DNA of 64,000 bases from the IMG/VR virus record IMGVR_UViG_3300021964_000045, positions 1-64,000 of that record, one strand, 5' to 3'. Positions 1-10,096 of the stretch are shown here, piece by piece (position 1 is the stretch's first letter; each line of letters starts with the position of its first letter). A model generated the notes under the pieces. That model was given only the letters and a program-made list of their open reading frames with translations, searched no databases and was not told the DNA's origin. The stretch is from a virus. Position numbers and translations under genes: made by a program.

Positions 1-1
1 C

Positions 2-712
2 AAATTTGATGCAAAAGCTCAAGCTAAAAAGTCAGCTAAAAATAAAAGATCTAAGTGGTATGGTATGACTGAAAAAGAAATACTAGGTGCTTGGGAATCT
101 GAAACAGAAAGAGCAATTGGATTAGGAAACTGGTATCACAATCAGAGAGAAGCAGATATGCTAGACTTTAAGACTATTGAAAGACATGGTGTTGAAGTAC
201 CTATTATTAAGCCTTTAGTTAATGAAGATGGTGTTAAAACAGCACCTGAGCAGAAATTAAAAGATGGTGTATATCCTGAGCATTTTGTTTATTTAAAGTC
301 AGCTGCTTTATGTGGTCAAGCTGATTTAGTTGAGATTGTGAATGGATATATTAATATTACAGATTACAAAACAAATAAAGAAATAAAAGAGAAAGGTTTT
401 ACTAATTGGGAAGGTATAACATCAAAATTATATAATCCCGTAAGTCACTTGGATGATTGTAATTTGAAACATTATAACTTACAACTCAGTATTTATGCGT
501 ATATTATTAAAAAGCACAACCCTAAATTAAAGATAGGAGATTTAGTTGTACAACATGTTAAATTTAAGCAAGTAGGTACAGATAAGAATGGATATCCAAT
601 TAATGAATTGATAAATGGGGAACCTGTAATTGAAGAAATAAAAATGTATAACCTACCATATTTAAAAGATGAAGTCAGAAGTCTTATGATGTGGCGTAAA
701 GATAATATATAA
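2..712 (+). CDS. PD-(D/E)XK superfamily nuclease (5' truncated)
   Basis: The frame is open from position 2, upstream of the track ATG at 65. Motifs GQADLV...ITDYKTN and YNLQLSIYAY are typical of RecB/Cas4-like phage exonucleases. Confidence 0.8.
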   Translation, partial: KFDAKAQAKKSAKNKRSKWYGMTEKEILGAWESETERAIGLGNWYHNQREADMLDFKTIERHGVEVPIIKPLVNEDGVKTAPEQKLKDGVYPEHFVYLKSAALCGQADLVEIVNGYINITDYKTNKEIKEKGFTNWEGITSKLYNPVSHLDDCNLKHYNLQLSIYAYIIKKHNPKLKIGDLVVQHVKFKQVGTDKNGYPINELINGEPVIEEIKMYNLPYLKDEVRSLMMWRKDNI

Positions 713-978
713 TGGAAACACCACAAATATTTCAAAGCATTCAAGTAATATCAATACAAGAGGAATCTTCTGATGGTATCCCAATTACTATCAGACGTAA
801 CGTTAATACTGATATTGTAATTGATTTAAACAAAGTTGTAGCTTTTCAGCATTATGTAAATCCTAACACAGGTAATATAGACGGTTCAATAACACAAGTA
901 AATGTTGCAGGTTTACTTGATGCAAAATTAATAAAATTACCTTTTAGTGCATTTAAACAATTTATAGACGCTTTATGA
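712..978 (+). CDS. hypothetical protein, 88 aa
   Basis: Translationally coupled to both neighbours (TAATG and ATGA overlaps); no recognisable motif. Confidence 0.6.
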   Translation: METPQIFQSIQVISIQEESSDGIPITIRRNVNTDIVIDLNKVVAFQHYVNPNTGNIDGSITQVNVAGLLDAKLIKLPFSAFKQFIDAL

Positions 979-1493
979 TAGTAAGACTTTTTGATATACA
1001 GAATGGTAAAGTAATACCAACAGAACATTGCTACACATTAAAGTTTTTAAAAGATTTAATGGAGGAATATCCAGATACATATATGACTGTATATCAGTAT
1101 TTATTTTATATGTCTTGCCCTAATCCAGATTTAAATCCTTTTTTTAATTTGCCTGAGCATGAAAAAGAAGATATTATAATTGAAGAGATTGGTCTTGAGG
1201 AGTCTACTGAAGATTCTAAAATAAGATATTCTTTAGAGATGGCAAGAAAACTTTATGAAACACCAACGTACAGAGCTTATGTTGGTATTAAGTCAATGCT
1301 TGACAGATTGGCTAGATATATGGAAACAACAGCAATTGAACACGGTAGAGATGGAAATATAAATTCTATGGTAAATGCAGCTGCTAAGTTTGAGCAAATT
1401 AGAAACTCTTATAAGGGAGCCTTTAGTGATATGAAAGATGAACAAGAAAGTTCAGTTAGAGGTGGTGCAGGATTAGCTTATGATCAATTATGA
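975..1493 (+). CDS. conserved phage protein, possible terminase small subunit
   Basis: 172-aa helical protein just upstream of TerL. The function is inferred from position and size only. Confidence 0.45.
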   Translation: MIVRLFDIQNGKVIPTEHCYTLKFLKDLMEEYPDTYMTVYQYLFYMSCPNPDLNPFFNLPEHEKEDIIIEEIGLEESTEDSKIRYSLEMARKLYETPTYRAYVGIKSMLDRLARYMETTAIEHGRDGNINSMVNAAAKFEQIRNSYKGAFSDMKDEQESSVRGGAGLAYDQL

Positions 1494-1636
1494 TAAATGA
1501 TATTAAAAAAGAAAAGTGGGTATTCTGTTATTGGGATGAACCTGTAAAATTAAAATCAAATAAAAACAACAATGCAAAAAGTAAAGATTATCCCAGTGGG
1601 GAAAAAAGTTCTAATAAGAGCAAAAGAGCAATCTAG
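1490..1636 (+). CDS. possible small protein, 48 aa (MINDIKKEKWVFCYWDEP...), not in the ORF track
   Basis: ATGA overlap with the upstream stop. It fills the gap before groES and overlaps the groES 5' end by 65 nt. Confidence 0.35.
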   Translation: MINDIKKEKWVFCYWDEPVKLKSNKNNNAKSKDYPSGEKSSNKSKRAI

Positions 1637-1856
1637 AATGGTGCCTGGTACTAATATTATTATACCAGATTCAGCATTACAAAAAGAATATAAAGGGTAT
1701 GTTATTGGTGTAGGTGCAGAAGTTTCTGATATTAATGTAGGTGACTTAATACAATATGCTGAATATTGTGTACCAACTGAAATGGAACATGAAGGTAAAG
1801 AACATTTACTAATTAATGTTGGGGATATTCATGCAATTATACAAGAAGTAGAATAA
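1572..1856 (+). CDS. groES: co-chaperonin GroES (Cpn10) homologue
   Basis: 94 aa with Cpn10 pattern IIPVGKKVLI, mobile-loop-like GTNIIIPDSA, GYVIGVG, INVGDLIQY and EGKEHLLINVGDIHAII. Confidence 0.9.
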   Translation: MQKVKIIPVGKKVLIRAKEQSRMVPGTNIIIPDSALQKEYKGYVIGVGAEVSDINVGDLIQYAEYCVPTEMEHEGKEHLLINVGDIHAIIQEVE

Positions 1857-4045
1857 TGTATATATCCATTCCAACATATGAATCTGGTAAATGGACTAAT
1901 ACTGAGTTTGAAACAAGAGACAGTTTTAAAGAGTTTGTTTTATCAATCTTTAAAGAACCTGGATTATATGAATTTAATAAAACAGCTTTAGTTTTTAATG
2001 AAGAAGCTGTTAAATTTAACAAAGAAGGTTTCTATTGTTCTGCTCCTTTTAGATCTTCAGATTTTACTTCTTATTGGAATGATCAAAAGAATAAATGCCG
2101 TGTGGGGGTTATCTATAAAGATGGTTCCCACTCTTGGTATTTAACCCGTGACTATTATATGTGGTTAAACTTTCTTCCAATATATGATAAAGAAGAAAAG
2201 AAGTACGGTTTTGCTAAAGTACGTGATGCACAATATCATATGGCATTATATGAAATGTTGGCAGAACTAAGTTATAAGCACTCTGCTATTTTAAAGAAAC
2301 GTCAGATTGCATCTTCTTATTTTCATATGGGTAAGATAATTAATACGTACTGGTTTGAAGAAGGTAGTACATGTAAGATAGGAGCATCTCTTAAAGATTA
2401 TATTAATGATAAAGGTTCATGGAAGTTTCTTGATGAGTATAAAACTTTTTTAAATGAACACACTGCTTGGTACAGACCAAGTAATCCAGAAAAAGTATTA
2501 CTATGGCAACAGCAGATTGAAGTTAAAGTAGGTAATAGAAAAACATCAAGAGGACTTAAATCTAAAATACAAGGTGCTTCTTTTGAAAAGAATGCAACAA
2601 CAGGTGTAGGGGGGCCTACAACTATCTTCTTTCATGAGGAGGCTGGTATTGCACCTAAGATGGATAAGACCTATGAGTACCTAAGACCTGCAATGTCTTC
2701 TGGTATGGTAACAACGGGTATGTTTATAGCAGCTGGTTCTGTAGGGGATTTAGATCAATGTGAACCATTAAAGCAAATGGTACTTAATCCTACAGCAAAT
2801 GATATATACGCTGTAGAAACAGATCTAATGGACAAAGATGGTACTATTGGACTAGCAGGGTTATTCATTCCAGAACAGTGGTCTATGCCACCTTATATTG
2901 ATGATTACGGCAACTCTAAGATAGAAGAAGCATTGGAAGCTATAAACAATGAAAGAGTTCAATGGAAAGCAGATTTAAGTCCAGAACAATATCAATTGCG
3001 TATATCTCAAAAGCCAACTAATATTGCAGAAGCATTTGCTTATAGAAAAGAATCTGTATTTCCTCAAGGTATTTTATCACAACAACAAAAAAGAATTGAG
3101 GAAAAAGAATATGCATATGAGCATATAGAACTTGAAAGAGTCAGTGATGGCATTCTTGCTAAAAGATCAAACAAACTACCTATATCAGAATTTCCATTAA
3201 GCAAGAAAGCCCAAGATAAAACAGGTTGTTTAGTTGTATGGGAAAGACCTGTGTCTAATCCAGAGTTCGGAGCATACTATGCTTCTATTGACCCTGTGTC
3301 TGAAGGTAAGACAACTACTTCAGATTCATTGTGTAGTATTATTGTATATAAAAACTCTGTTGAAATAACAAGAGAAGGCCCACAAGGATTAGAACGTTTC
3401 ATAGAAGCAGGAAAGATTGTTGCATCTTGGTGTGGTAGATATGATGATATTAATAAAACACATAGTCAGTTAGAAATTATTGTAGAGTGGTATAATGCAT
3501 GGACTATTGTTGAAAATAATATATCATTATTCATACAACATATGATAGGTAAAAAGAAACAAAAATATCTTGTACCAAAACAACAGATTATGTTCTTAAA
3601 AGACCTTGGTTCAAACAGAACTGTTTATCAAGAATATGGATGGAAGAATACAGGTACTTTATTTAAAAATCACTTAATATCTTATGCTATAGAATTCTTA
3701 AGAGAAGAGATAGATCAAGAAACAGATGATGATGGTAATATACTTAGTACAACTTTAGGTATAGAAAGAATACCAGATCCAATGTTATTAAAAGAAATGT
3801 TAGCCTACTATCCTGGACTTAACGTGGATAGGCTTGTAACTTTTGCAGCATTAGTTGCTTTTGTTAGAATTCAAGAGTCAAATAGAGGTTATTTGAGAAG
3901 AACTGAATCTGAATTAGATGATTCTTTGGTAAATTCAAATAAATTCCATAAATTAAAGTATAGTCCGTTCAAAAATATTGGAAGGAATAAAACTGCTAAC
4001 GGTGGTCAAAAATTAAAAAGATCAGCATATAAAAATTTTAGATAA
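1856..4045 (+). CDS. terL: terminase large subunit
   Basis: Walker A-like LKKRQIASSY, Walker B-like IFFHEEAG, RNase H-type nuclease motifs ASIDPV and NVDRLV; directly upstream of the portal gene. Confidence 0.92.
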   Translation: MYISIPTYESGKWTNTEFETRDSFKEFVLSIFKEPGLYEFNKTALVFNEEAVKFNKEGFYCSAPFRSSDFTSYWNDQKNKCRVGVIYKDGSHSWYLTRDYYMWLNFLPIYDKEEKKYGFAKVRDAQYHMALYEMLAELSYKHSAILKKRQIASSYFHMGKIINTYWFEEGSTCKIGASLKDYINDKGSWKFLDEYKTFLNEHTAWYRPSNPEKVLLWQQQIEVKVGNRKTSRGLKSKIQGASFEKNATTGVGGPTTIFFHEEAGIAPKMDKTYEYLRPAMSSGMVTTGMFIAAGSVGDLDQCEPLKQMVLNPTANDIYAVETDLMDKDGTIGLAGLFIPEQWSMPPYIDDYGNSKIEEALEAINNERVQWKADLSPEQYQLRISQKPTNIAEAFAYRKESVFPQGILSQQQKRIEEKEYAYEHIELERVSDGILAKRSNKLPISEFPLSKKAQDKTGCLVVWERPVSNPEFGAYYASIDPVSEGKTTTSDSLCSIIVYKNSVEITREGPQGLERFIEAGKIVASWCGRYDDINKTHSQLEIIVEWYNAWTIVENNISLFIQHMIGKKKQKYLVPKQQIMFLKDLGSNRTVYQEYGWKNTGTLFKNHLISYAIEFLREEIDQETDDDGNILSTTLGIERIPDPMLLKEMLAYYPGLNVDRLVTFAALVAFVRIQESNRGYLRRTESELDDSLVNSNKFHKLKYSPFKNIGRNKTANGGQKLKRSAYKNFR

Positions 4046-4047
4046 GT

Positions 4048-6801
4048 ATGAAAGTATTTAATGCAATGCAATTGAAGAATGGTGCCAAGGCTGATAGCGG
4101 GTATCCGTCAACTTCTAGTCTTACCCAGCCTATACAGTTTTTACCTTCAAAGAAAAAAAATGAAGACTGGGCTGCATGGAATTTAGATTGGCTTGAATTG
4201 CAGGGTATGCAATTTCTTAAACAAAATGCTAGAAAACTATTAAAGAATTATAAGTTAGCAAAAGGAATAATTGATAAAACAGATTACATAGTTGAAGAAG
4301 ACAATGATTATAAAGACCTTGTTGATGTATTGACTAAGGAAGATGAATCAGCTTTAGAACTTAAGTTTTATCCAATTATACCAAATGTTGTAAACGTTTT
4401 ATCTGGAGAATTTTCTAAAAGATATTCTAAAGTTCAGTTTAGAGCAGTGGATGATTTATCTTATAATGAGATGCTTGAACAAAAAAGAGCACTTGTAGAA
4501 GAAAATCTATTAGCTGATGCACAAGAAAAACTTCTATTTAGAATGATAGAAATGGGTGCTAATCCAGAAGACCCAGAATTTCAACAAAAACTTTCTCCTG
4601 AAAATCTTAAGACTTTACCTGAAATAGAAGACTTCTTTTCTAAAGATTATAGAAGCATGGTGGAAGAATGGGCAAGTCATCAGTTAAATGTTGATGAAGA
4701 AAGATTTAAAATGCAAGAGCTTGAGGAAAGAGCCTTCCGTGATATGCTTATTACGGATAGAGAGTTTTGGCATTTTAGAATGCTTGAAGATGACTATGAG
4801 TTAGAATTGTGGAATCCTGTTTTAACTTTTTATCAGAAATCACCAGATGCCAGATATATATCTCAATCTAATTATGCTGGCAAAATGGACCTTATGACAA
4901 TTGCTGATGTAATTGACAAGTATGGATACTTAATGAATCAAAAGCAATTAGAGTCTTTACAAGAAATATATCCAGCAAAATCAGGTGCATATCAGGTATC
5001 AGGTTACCAAAATGATGGTGCTTATTATGATGCTACTAAATCACATGAATGGAATACAGGTTCTCCAAGTTTAGGTTATAGACAATTTGTATCTAATTGG
5101 AATACTTCACCTGAATATGGTGGGGACGTAATTACTTCTATATTAAATGAAGGGGATGATGTTACTAATTGGGGAGAAGGATCTTTAATGAGGGTAACAA
5201 CTGTATATTGGAAGACACAACGTAAGGTTGGACATCTAACTAAGATAACAGAAGAAGGTGAAGTCATTCAAGAAATTATTGATGAAACTTTTAAAGTAAC
5301 AGAAAAACCTATATATGATGATTCATTGTTTAAGAATAAAAACAAAGAAACATTACTACAGGGAGAACATATAGATTGGATTTGGATTAATGAAACTTGG
5401 GGTGGTATTAAAATAGGACCAAACTTACCAGCGTTTTGGAAATCAAATGCAAGTGATAATATAAATCCTATTTACTTAGGGATCAACAGAAAAAAACCAG
5501 GTAGAATACCTTTTCAATTTAAAGGAGATAACTCACTTTATGGATGTAAATTACCTGTTGAAGGTAGAGTATTTTCAGATAGAAATACAAGATCAACATC
5601 ATTAGTTGATTTAATGAAAGCATATCAAGTTGGTTATAATATGGTCAATAATCAAATTGCAGATATTTTAGTAGATGAACTAGGTACTGTAATTATGTTT
5701 GATCAAAATGCTTTACCACGTCACTCAATGGGAGAGGATTGGGGTAAAGGTAATTATGCTAAAGCATACACAGCTATGAAAGATTTTAGCATGTTACCTT
5801 TAGATACATCAATTAGTAACACTGAAAACGCTACAAACTTTAATCATTACCAAACTCTTAATATGGAGCAGACTGGTAGATTAATGTCACGTATTCAATT
5901 AGCAAATTATTTTAAGCAACAAGCATTTGATGCAATTGGAGTTAATCCACAAAGGCTTGGAGCACCTATTGGTCAACAAACAGCAACTGGTGTTACTCAA
6001 GCATTGAATCAATCTTATGCACAGACAGAAGTTTATTTTACACAACACTCAGATCATTTAATGCCTAGAGTTCATCAAATGAGAACTGATGTGGCTCAAT
6101 ACTATTATAGCAATAATCCAAGTGTAAGATTGTCTTATATAAGCTCTGAAGCTGAAAAAGTAAACTTTACTATTAATGGAACTGATCTTTTATTAAGAGA
6201 CTTTAATGTATTTGCAACAACTAAAACAAATCATAGAGCTGTCTTAGATCAATTAAAACAGTTAGCAATTACAAACAATACATCAGGAGCTAGTATTTAT
6301 GATCTTGGTAATATAATTAAAGCTGATTCTATTGCTGAAGTAACTGATATTCTTAAAGATGCTGAAGGGAAGCAAGAATCTCAAAGACAACAAGAAATGC
6401 AACAACAGCGTCAAATGCAAGAAGAGCAGCTTAAAGCAAATGCAGAAGAGCAAAAGCTTAAACGTGAATATGAAGCAATGGAAGCTGATAAAGAACGTCA
6501 GAATGATTTAGAAGTTGCACAAATAAGAGCTGCTGGTTATGGTTCAATGTCAGATATAAATGAAAATAAAGTAAATGACTTCCAGGATGAAATGAAAAAC
6601 ATTAGAGCTGATAGGAAAGACAGAGAGAAAATGGATTTTCAAAGACAACAAGCTACTCTAAAAAATTCTAATGATCAGACAAAGCTTCAGATAGAAAGAG
6701 AGAAAATAGCAGCTCAAAAAGATATAGCAGACAAACAGCTTCAGATAGCTAGAGAGAATAAAAACAAGTATGATTTTAAAGATTCTAAAAAAGAAAAATA
6801 A
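4048..6801 (+). CDS. portal protein
   Basis: 917 aa following TerL, with FYPIIPNVVNVLSGE and QTATGV motifs and a Gln-rich coiled-coil C-terminal barrel as in crAss-like portals. Confidence 0.85.
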   Translation: MKVFNAMQLKNGAKADSGYPSTSSLTQPIQFLPSKKKNEDWAAWNLDWLELQGMQFLKQNARKLLKNYKLAKGIIDKTDYIVEEDNDYKDLVDVLTKEDESALELKFYPIIPNVVNVLSGEFSKRYSKVQFRAVDDLSYNEMLEQKRALVEENLLADAQEKLLFRMIEMGANPEDPEFQQKLSPENLKTLPEIEDFFSKDYRSMVEEWASHQLNVDEERFKMQELEERAFRDMLITDREFWHFRMLEDDYELELWNPVLTFYQKSPDARYISQSNYAGKMDLMTIADVIDKYGYLMNQKQLESLQEIYPAKSGAYQVSGYQNDGAYYDATKSHEWNTGSPSLGYRQFVSNWNTSPEYGGDVITSILNEGDDVTNWGEGSLMRVTTVYWKTQRKVGHLTKITEEGEVIQEIIDETFKVTEKPIYDDSLFKNKNKETLLQGEHIDWIWINETWGGIKIGPNLPAFWKSNASDNINPIYLGINRKKPGRIPFQFKGDNSLYGCKLPVEGRVFSDRNTRSTSLVDLMKAYQVGYNMVNNQIADILVDELGTVIMFDQNALPRHSMGEDWGKGNYAKAYTAMKDFSMLPLDTSISNTENATNFNHYQTLNMEQTGRLMSRIQLANYFKQQAFDAIGVNPQRLGAPIGQQTATGVTQALNQSYAQTEVYFTQHSDHLMPRVHQMRTDVAQYYYSNNPSVRLSYISSEAEKVNFTINGTDLLLRDFNVFATTKTNHRAVLDQLKQLAITNNTSGASIYDLGNIIKADSIAEVTDILKDAEGKQESQRQQEMQQQRQMQEEQLKANAEEQKLKREYEAMEADKERQNDLEVAQIRAAGYGSMSDINENKVNDFQDEMKNIRADRKDREKMDFQRQQATLKNSNDQTKLQIEREKIAAQKDIADKQLQIARENKNKYDFKDSKKEK

Positions 6802-6901
6802 ACTTTTTAAATAATTTTAGAAGAAGAAAAACATAGATAGCTATATACTGCAAAAAATGATAATATTTATATGCATTTTATAAGTTTATTTTTAAAATTG
6901 T

Positions 6902-6911
6902 TTGTATATTA
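6902..6911 (+). promoter_or_regulatory. TTGTATATTA promoter-like motif upstream of the scaffold/MCP genes
   Basis: The identical 10-mer occurs in five intergenic gaps, each upstream of a start codon. Confidence 0.65.
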
Positions 6912-6950
6912 TATATGTAAGAAATAACAATTACAAAAACCAACAATATT

Positions 6951-8243
6951 ATGGCAACAGAAAGTAAAACAGTTGAGAGCAATGTAGCTCAAGTTGATAT
7001 TGATTTAGATAGCTTATTTGATGGAGCAGCCGGAGCAGGAAGCGTTACGGTACCAGAAGAAGATAAACCTAAATCTATATTTAGTAAACCAGAGAAAGTT
7101 GACATGTCATTTGCAGATCCTGAGTATAAAGAAGAGGATGCTGAAGATGATAAGGAAGCAGAAAAAGAGGATGACACTAAAGAAGAGTCAGAATCTAAAG
7201 AGTTAAATAATGATGATAAAAAAGATGCAGAAGATATTTTAAATGCATTTAATGATGATTCATTAGAAGAAGAAAAAGAAGAAAAAGAAACAAGAGGAAG
7301 AAAAAAGATTTCTGGAATAAGTGATGTATTTAACAAGCTTATTAAAGATGAAAAAATTGTTCCTTTTGATGATGATAAAGATTTAGCAGATTATTCTGCT
7401 AAAGATTGGCAGGAGCTTATTGAAGCTAACTTGGAGGAAAGAGCAAATCAAGTTAGAAGAGAAACTCCTAAACAGTTCTTTGAAAGTTTACCACAAGAAC
7501 TCCAAATTGCTGCACGTTATGTAGCTGATGGTGGTCAAGATTTAAAAGGTTTATTTTCTACGTTAGCAGAAGCTGAGACAAAGAAAAGCTTAGATGTTAG
7601 CAAAGAAAAAGATCAAGAAACTATAATCAGTGACTATCTACAAGCAACAGGATACGGCAATGCTGAAGAGATTGCTGAAGAGATTGAAATCTGGAAAGAC
7701 TTAGGAAAGCTTGAACAACAAGCTATGAAGTTCAAACCTAAGTTGGACAAGATGCAAGAAAAGGTTTTAGCTAAAAAGCTAGAAGAGCAAGAAATGCGTA
7801 AAGCACAACAGCAAAAAGCATCTCAGCAGTATATGGAGAATGTGTATAACACACTAAAAGAAGGAGCCCTAGGTGACTTAAAAGTTGATAGAAAGACACA
7901 GTCTATGCTATACAACGGATTAGTACAACCTAATTACCCTTCAGTTAGTGGAAAGAACACAAACTTGTTAGGTCATTTGCTTGAGAAGTATCAGTTTGTA
8001 GAACCAAACTATACATTAATTTCTGAAGCACTATGGTTGTTATCTGATCCAAATGGTTATAAAAACAAAATAATGGAGAAGGGTGCACAAAGTAGTGTAG
8101 AAAAAACAGTAAGAAAGCTAAAGACTGAACAAGCTAATGCTGGAGGTTCCTCTCTTGGAGTAGATCAACGTGAAGAAGAAACAAAATCACGTTCTACAAA
8201 AAGAAAGATACCAAGAAGCAATAACATATTTAAAAGGTTTTAA
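6951..8243 (+). CDS. putative capsid scaffold/assembly protein
   Basis: Highly acidic N-terminal half, helical C-terminal half and basic tail; lies between portal and MCP. Confidence 0.65.
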   Translation: MATESKTVESNVAQVDIDLDSLFDGAAGAGSVTVPEEDKPKSIFSKPEKVDMSFADPEYKEEDAEDDKEAEKEDDTKEESESKELNNDDKKDAEDILNAFNDDSLEEEKEEKETRGRKKISGISDVFNKLIKDEKIVPFDDDKDLADYSAKDWQELIEANLEERANQVRRETPKQFFESLPQELQIAARYVADGGQDLKGLFSTLAEAETKKSLDVSKEKDQETIISDYLQATGYGNAEEIAEEIEIWKDLGKLEQQAMKFKPKLDKMQEKVLAKKLEEQEMRKAQQQKASQQYMENVYNTLKEGALGDLKVDRKTQSMLYNGLVQPNYPSVSGKNTNLLGHLLEKYQFVEPNYTLISEALWLLSDPNGYKNKIMEKGAQSSVEKTVRKLKTEQANAGGSSLGVDQREEETKSRSTKRKIPRSNNIFKRF

Positions 8244-8295
8244 TGAGTAAAACAATAATAAACAATAATAATTAACTAAATAACAATTAACAATT

Positions 8296-9912
8296 ATGGC
8301 AACTCCGGTATTAAACAATGGAATTTTCCTTAGAGATACAGCCTACAAGGCTAGTTCTCACGTTGATTCTTATCACCTAACCCAAATGCTTGGATCTTCT
8401 GAGCCTATGGATATGGGACCAGTTGATCTTTGGGCAATGACCCAAAAGGTAGAAATGCCTTTGTATCAAATGGCTTCTTTTGGTGGAAAGAACACAATCT
8501 TAGTAGACAACGCTCGTGGTGAGTACAAATGGCAAACGCCAATTGCACAAGACCTACCTTTTGTAGTGGCAGACATTGAGCCTACACTTACAGAAAAAGG
8601 TATTGACGGTACTACTTTTAAAATCAAAATATCTAAAAGATCTTTTGGACATGGTGATATCATTACTTATGATAAGTACAATGGTTTAGAATTATACATT
8701 ACAGCAGATGATATTATCCCTGCAGGTGATGGATTTATCTACACTGTACAACTTGTAAATAATAATAGTGCTGTTTCATTAGACAATGCTTACTTAGCAC
8801 CAGGAACTAAATTCTTTAGAAAAGGTTCTGCACGTGGTGAGTATGGTGAAAGATTCTCAGACATTGAAACTGGATCTGGATTCCGTGAGTTCTACAACTT
8901 TGTTGGTGGAGCTGAAGCACACGTACACTATTCTATTTCTAGCCGTGCTGATCTTATGATCAAAGGTGGTTTGAATGCTGATGGTACTGTGCCTGTAACA
9001 GAAATCTGGAGAAACTTTGATGAGTCTGGAGATCCTTCTGTATCTTCTATTGAAAGCTTAGTAGCATCTATGGGTAAAGCAGGTGCACGTGAAGCAATGG
9101 AAGATGGACGTTTATCAAGAACGTTTGTTACTAACATGGAAGCTGCTCACTTGAGTAAGATTGCAAATGATATTGAAACTTACCTAATGTGGGGTAAAGG
9201 TGGTAAAGTAAAACAAGACGGACCAGATGACATCAGATTGTCTGTAGGTTTATGGTCTCAGTTGGATAACTCTTTCAAAAGAGTATACAACAAGTCTTCA
9301 TTTACTTTGGATATGTTTAAGTCTGAATTATACAACTTCTACCAAGGTAAAGTTGAATTTAAAGGACCAGACCCACAAAGACAATTGGTTGTACAAACTG
9401 GTATTGGTGGTATGCAACTAATCAACAAAGCTATTGCTGATGAAGTATATGGTTCTGGGTTAGTTCAAAATGCATCTGATATTGGTGCTGTGAAAGGATC
9501 AGGAATGGATCTTGACTTTGGTTTTGCTTACACAAGCTTTACTATTCCTTTCTTAGCTAACGTTAAGTTTGTATTGAATCCAGCATTTGATAACTTACAT
9601 ACTAATGATGTAGAGAATCCATTAATTGATGGAAGACCTTTGAGCTCTTACAGCTTTATCATCTTTGACGTAAGTGAAAATGGAAATGATAACATTCACT
9701 TGTTGAAATTGTCATGGGATAATCAACTTAAGTGGTTCTACCAAAATGGTACTATGGACTATATGGGAAGAACTCAAGGATTTGCATCTACAGGTAACTT
9801 CAATGGTTATAGAGTATATATGACTCAAACCATGCCAGCTATTTGGGTTAAAGATCCAACTAAAGTTCTTAAGATTGTAATGAGAAACCCTGTAACAGGA
9901 GGATCATTCTAA
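8296..9912 (+). CDS. major capsid protein
   Basis: 538 aa at the crAss-like MCP position, with high-expression codon bias (TTC, AAC, TAC, CGT) and a strong terminator downstream. Confidence 0.85.
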   Translation: MATPVLNNGIFLRDTAYKASSHVDSYHLTQMLGSSEPMDMGPVDLWAMTQKVEMPLYQMASFGGKNTILVDNARGEYKWQTPIAQDLPFVVADIEPTLTEKGIDGTTFKIKISKRSFGHGDIITYDKYNGLELYITADDIIPAGDGFIYTVQLVNNNSAVSLDNAYLAPGTKFFRKGSARGEYGERFSDIETGSGFREFYNFVGGAEAHVHYSISSRADLMIKGGLNADGTVPVTEIWRNFDESGDPSVSSIESLVASMGKAGAREAMEDGRLSRTFVTNMEAAHLSKIANDIETYLMWGKGGKVKQDGPDDIRLSVGLWSQLDNSFKRVYNKSSFTLDMFKSELYNFYQGKVEFKGPDPQRQLVVQTGIGGMQLINKAIADEVYGSGLVQNASDIGAVKGSGMDLDFGFAYTSFTIPFLANVKFVLNPAFDNLHTNDVENPLIDGRPLSSYSFIIFDVSENGNDNIHLLKLSWDNQLKWFYQNGTMDYMGRTQGFASTGNFNGYRVYMTQTMPAIWVKDPTKVLKIVMRNPVTGGSF

Positions 9913-9926
9913 GAATATTAATAGTT

Positions 9927-9963
9927 AAAGGGGAGGTTGGTAAAACTTCCTCCCTTTTTTTTT
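9927..9963 (+). terminator. intrinsic terminator after MCP
   Basis: GGGAGG...CCTCCC stem followed by a 9-T run. Confidence 0.85.
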
Positions 9964-10044
9964 ATTTAAAAAGTGTTATTTAATTCAAATAACTTTTGCT
10001 AGTTTATCTAGCATTAGAAATATTAATAATAAATGTACAAATTA

Positions 10045-10055
10045 TTGTACTTTTG
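10045..10055 (+). promoter_or_regulatory. Bacteroidota -7-like promoter element (TTGTACTTTTG)
   Basis: TACTTTTG at 10048-10055 fits TAnnTTTG and lies downstream of the MCP terminator. Confidence 0.45.
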
Positions 10056-10096
10056 AGTTAAACATAAACATTATTAATTTTTAAAAACCAAAGAAA

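Noticed and set aside
65-712. Cas4 of a CRISPR system
   Set aside because: No four-Cys Fe-S cluster pattern, array or other cas genes; it fits a stand-alone phage nuclease.
1856-9912. Introns or inteins in TerL, portal or MCP
   Set aside because: The ORFs are continuous and of ordinary size, with no intein-terminal or LAGLIDADG/HNH motifs recognised.
9913-10096. tRNA in the longest intergenic gap
   Set aside because: No cloverleaf or T-arm GTTC motif; the region is too AT-rich.
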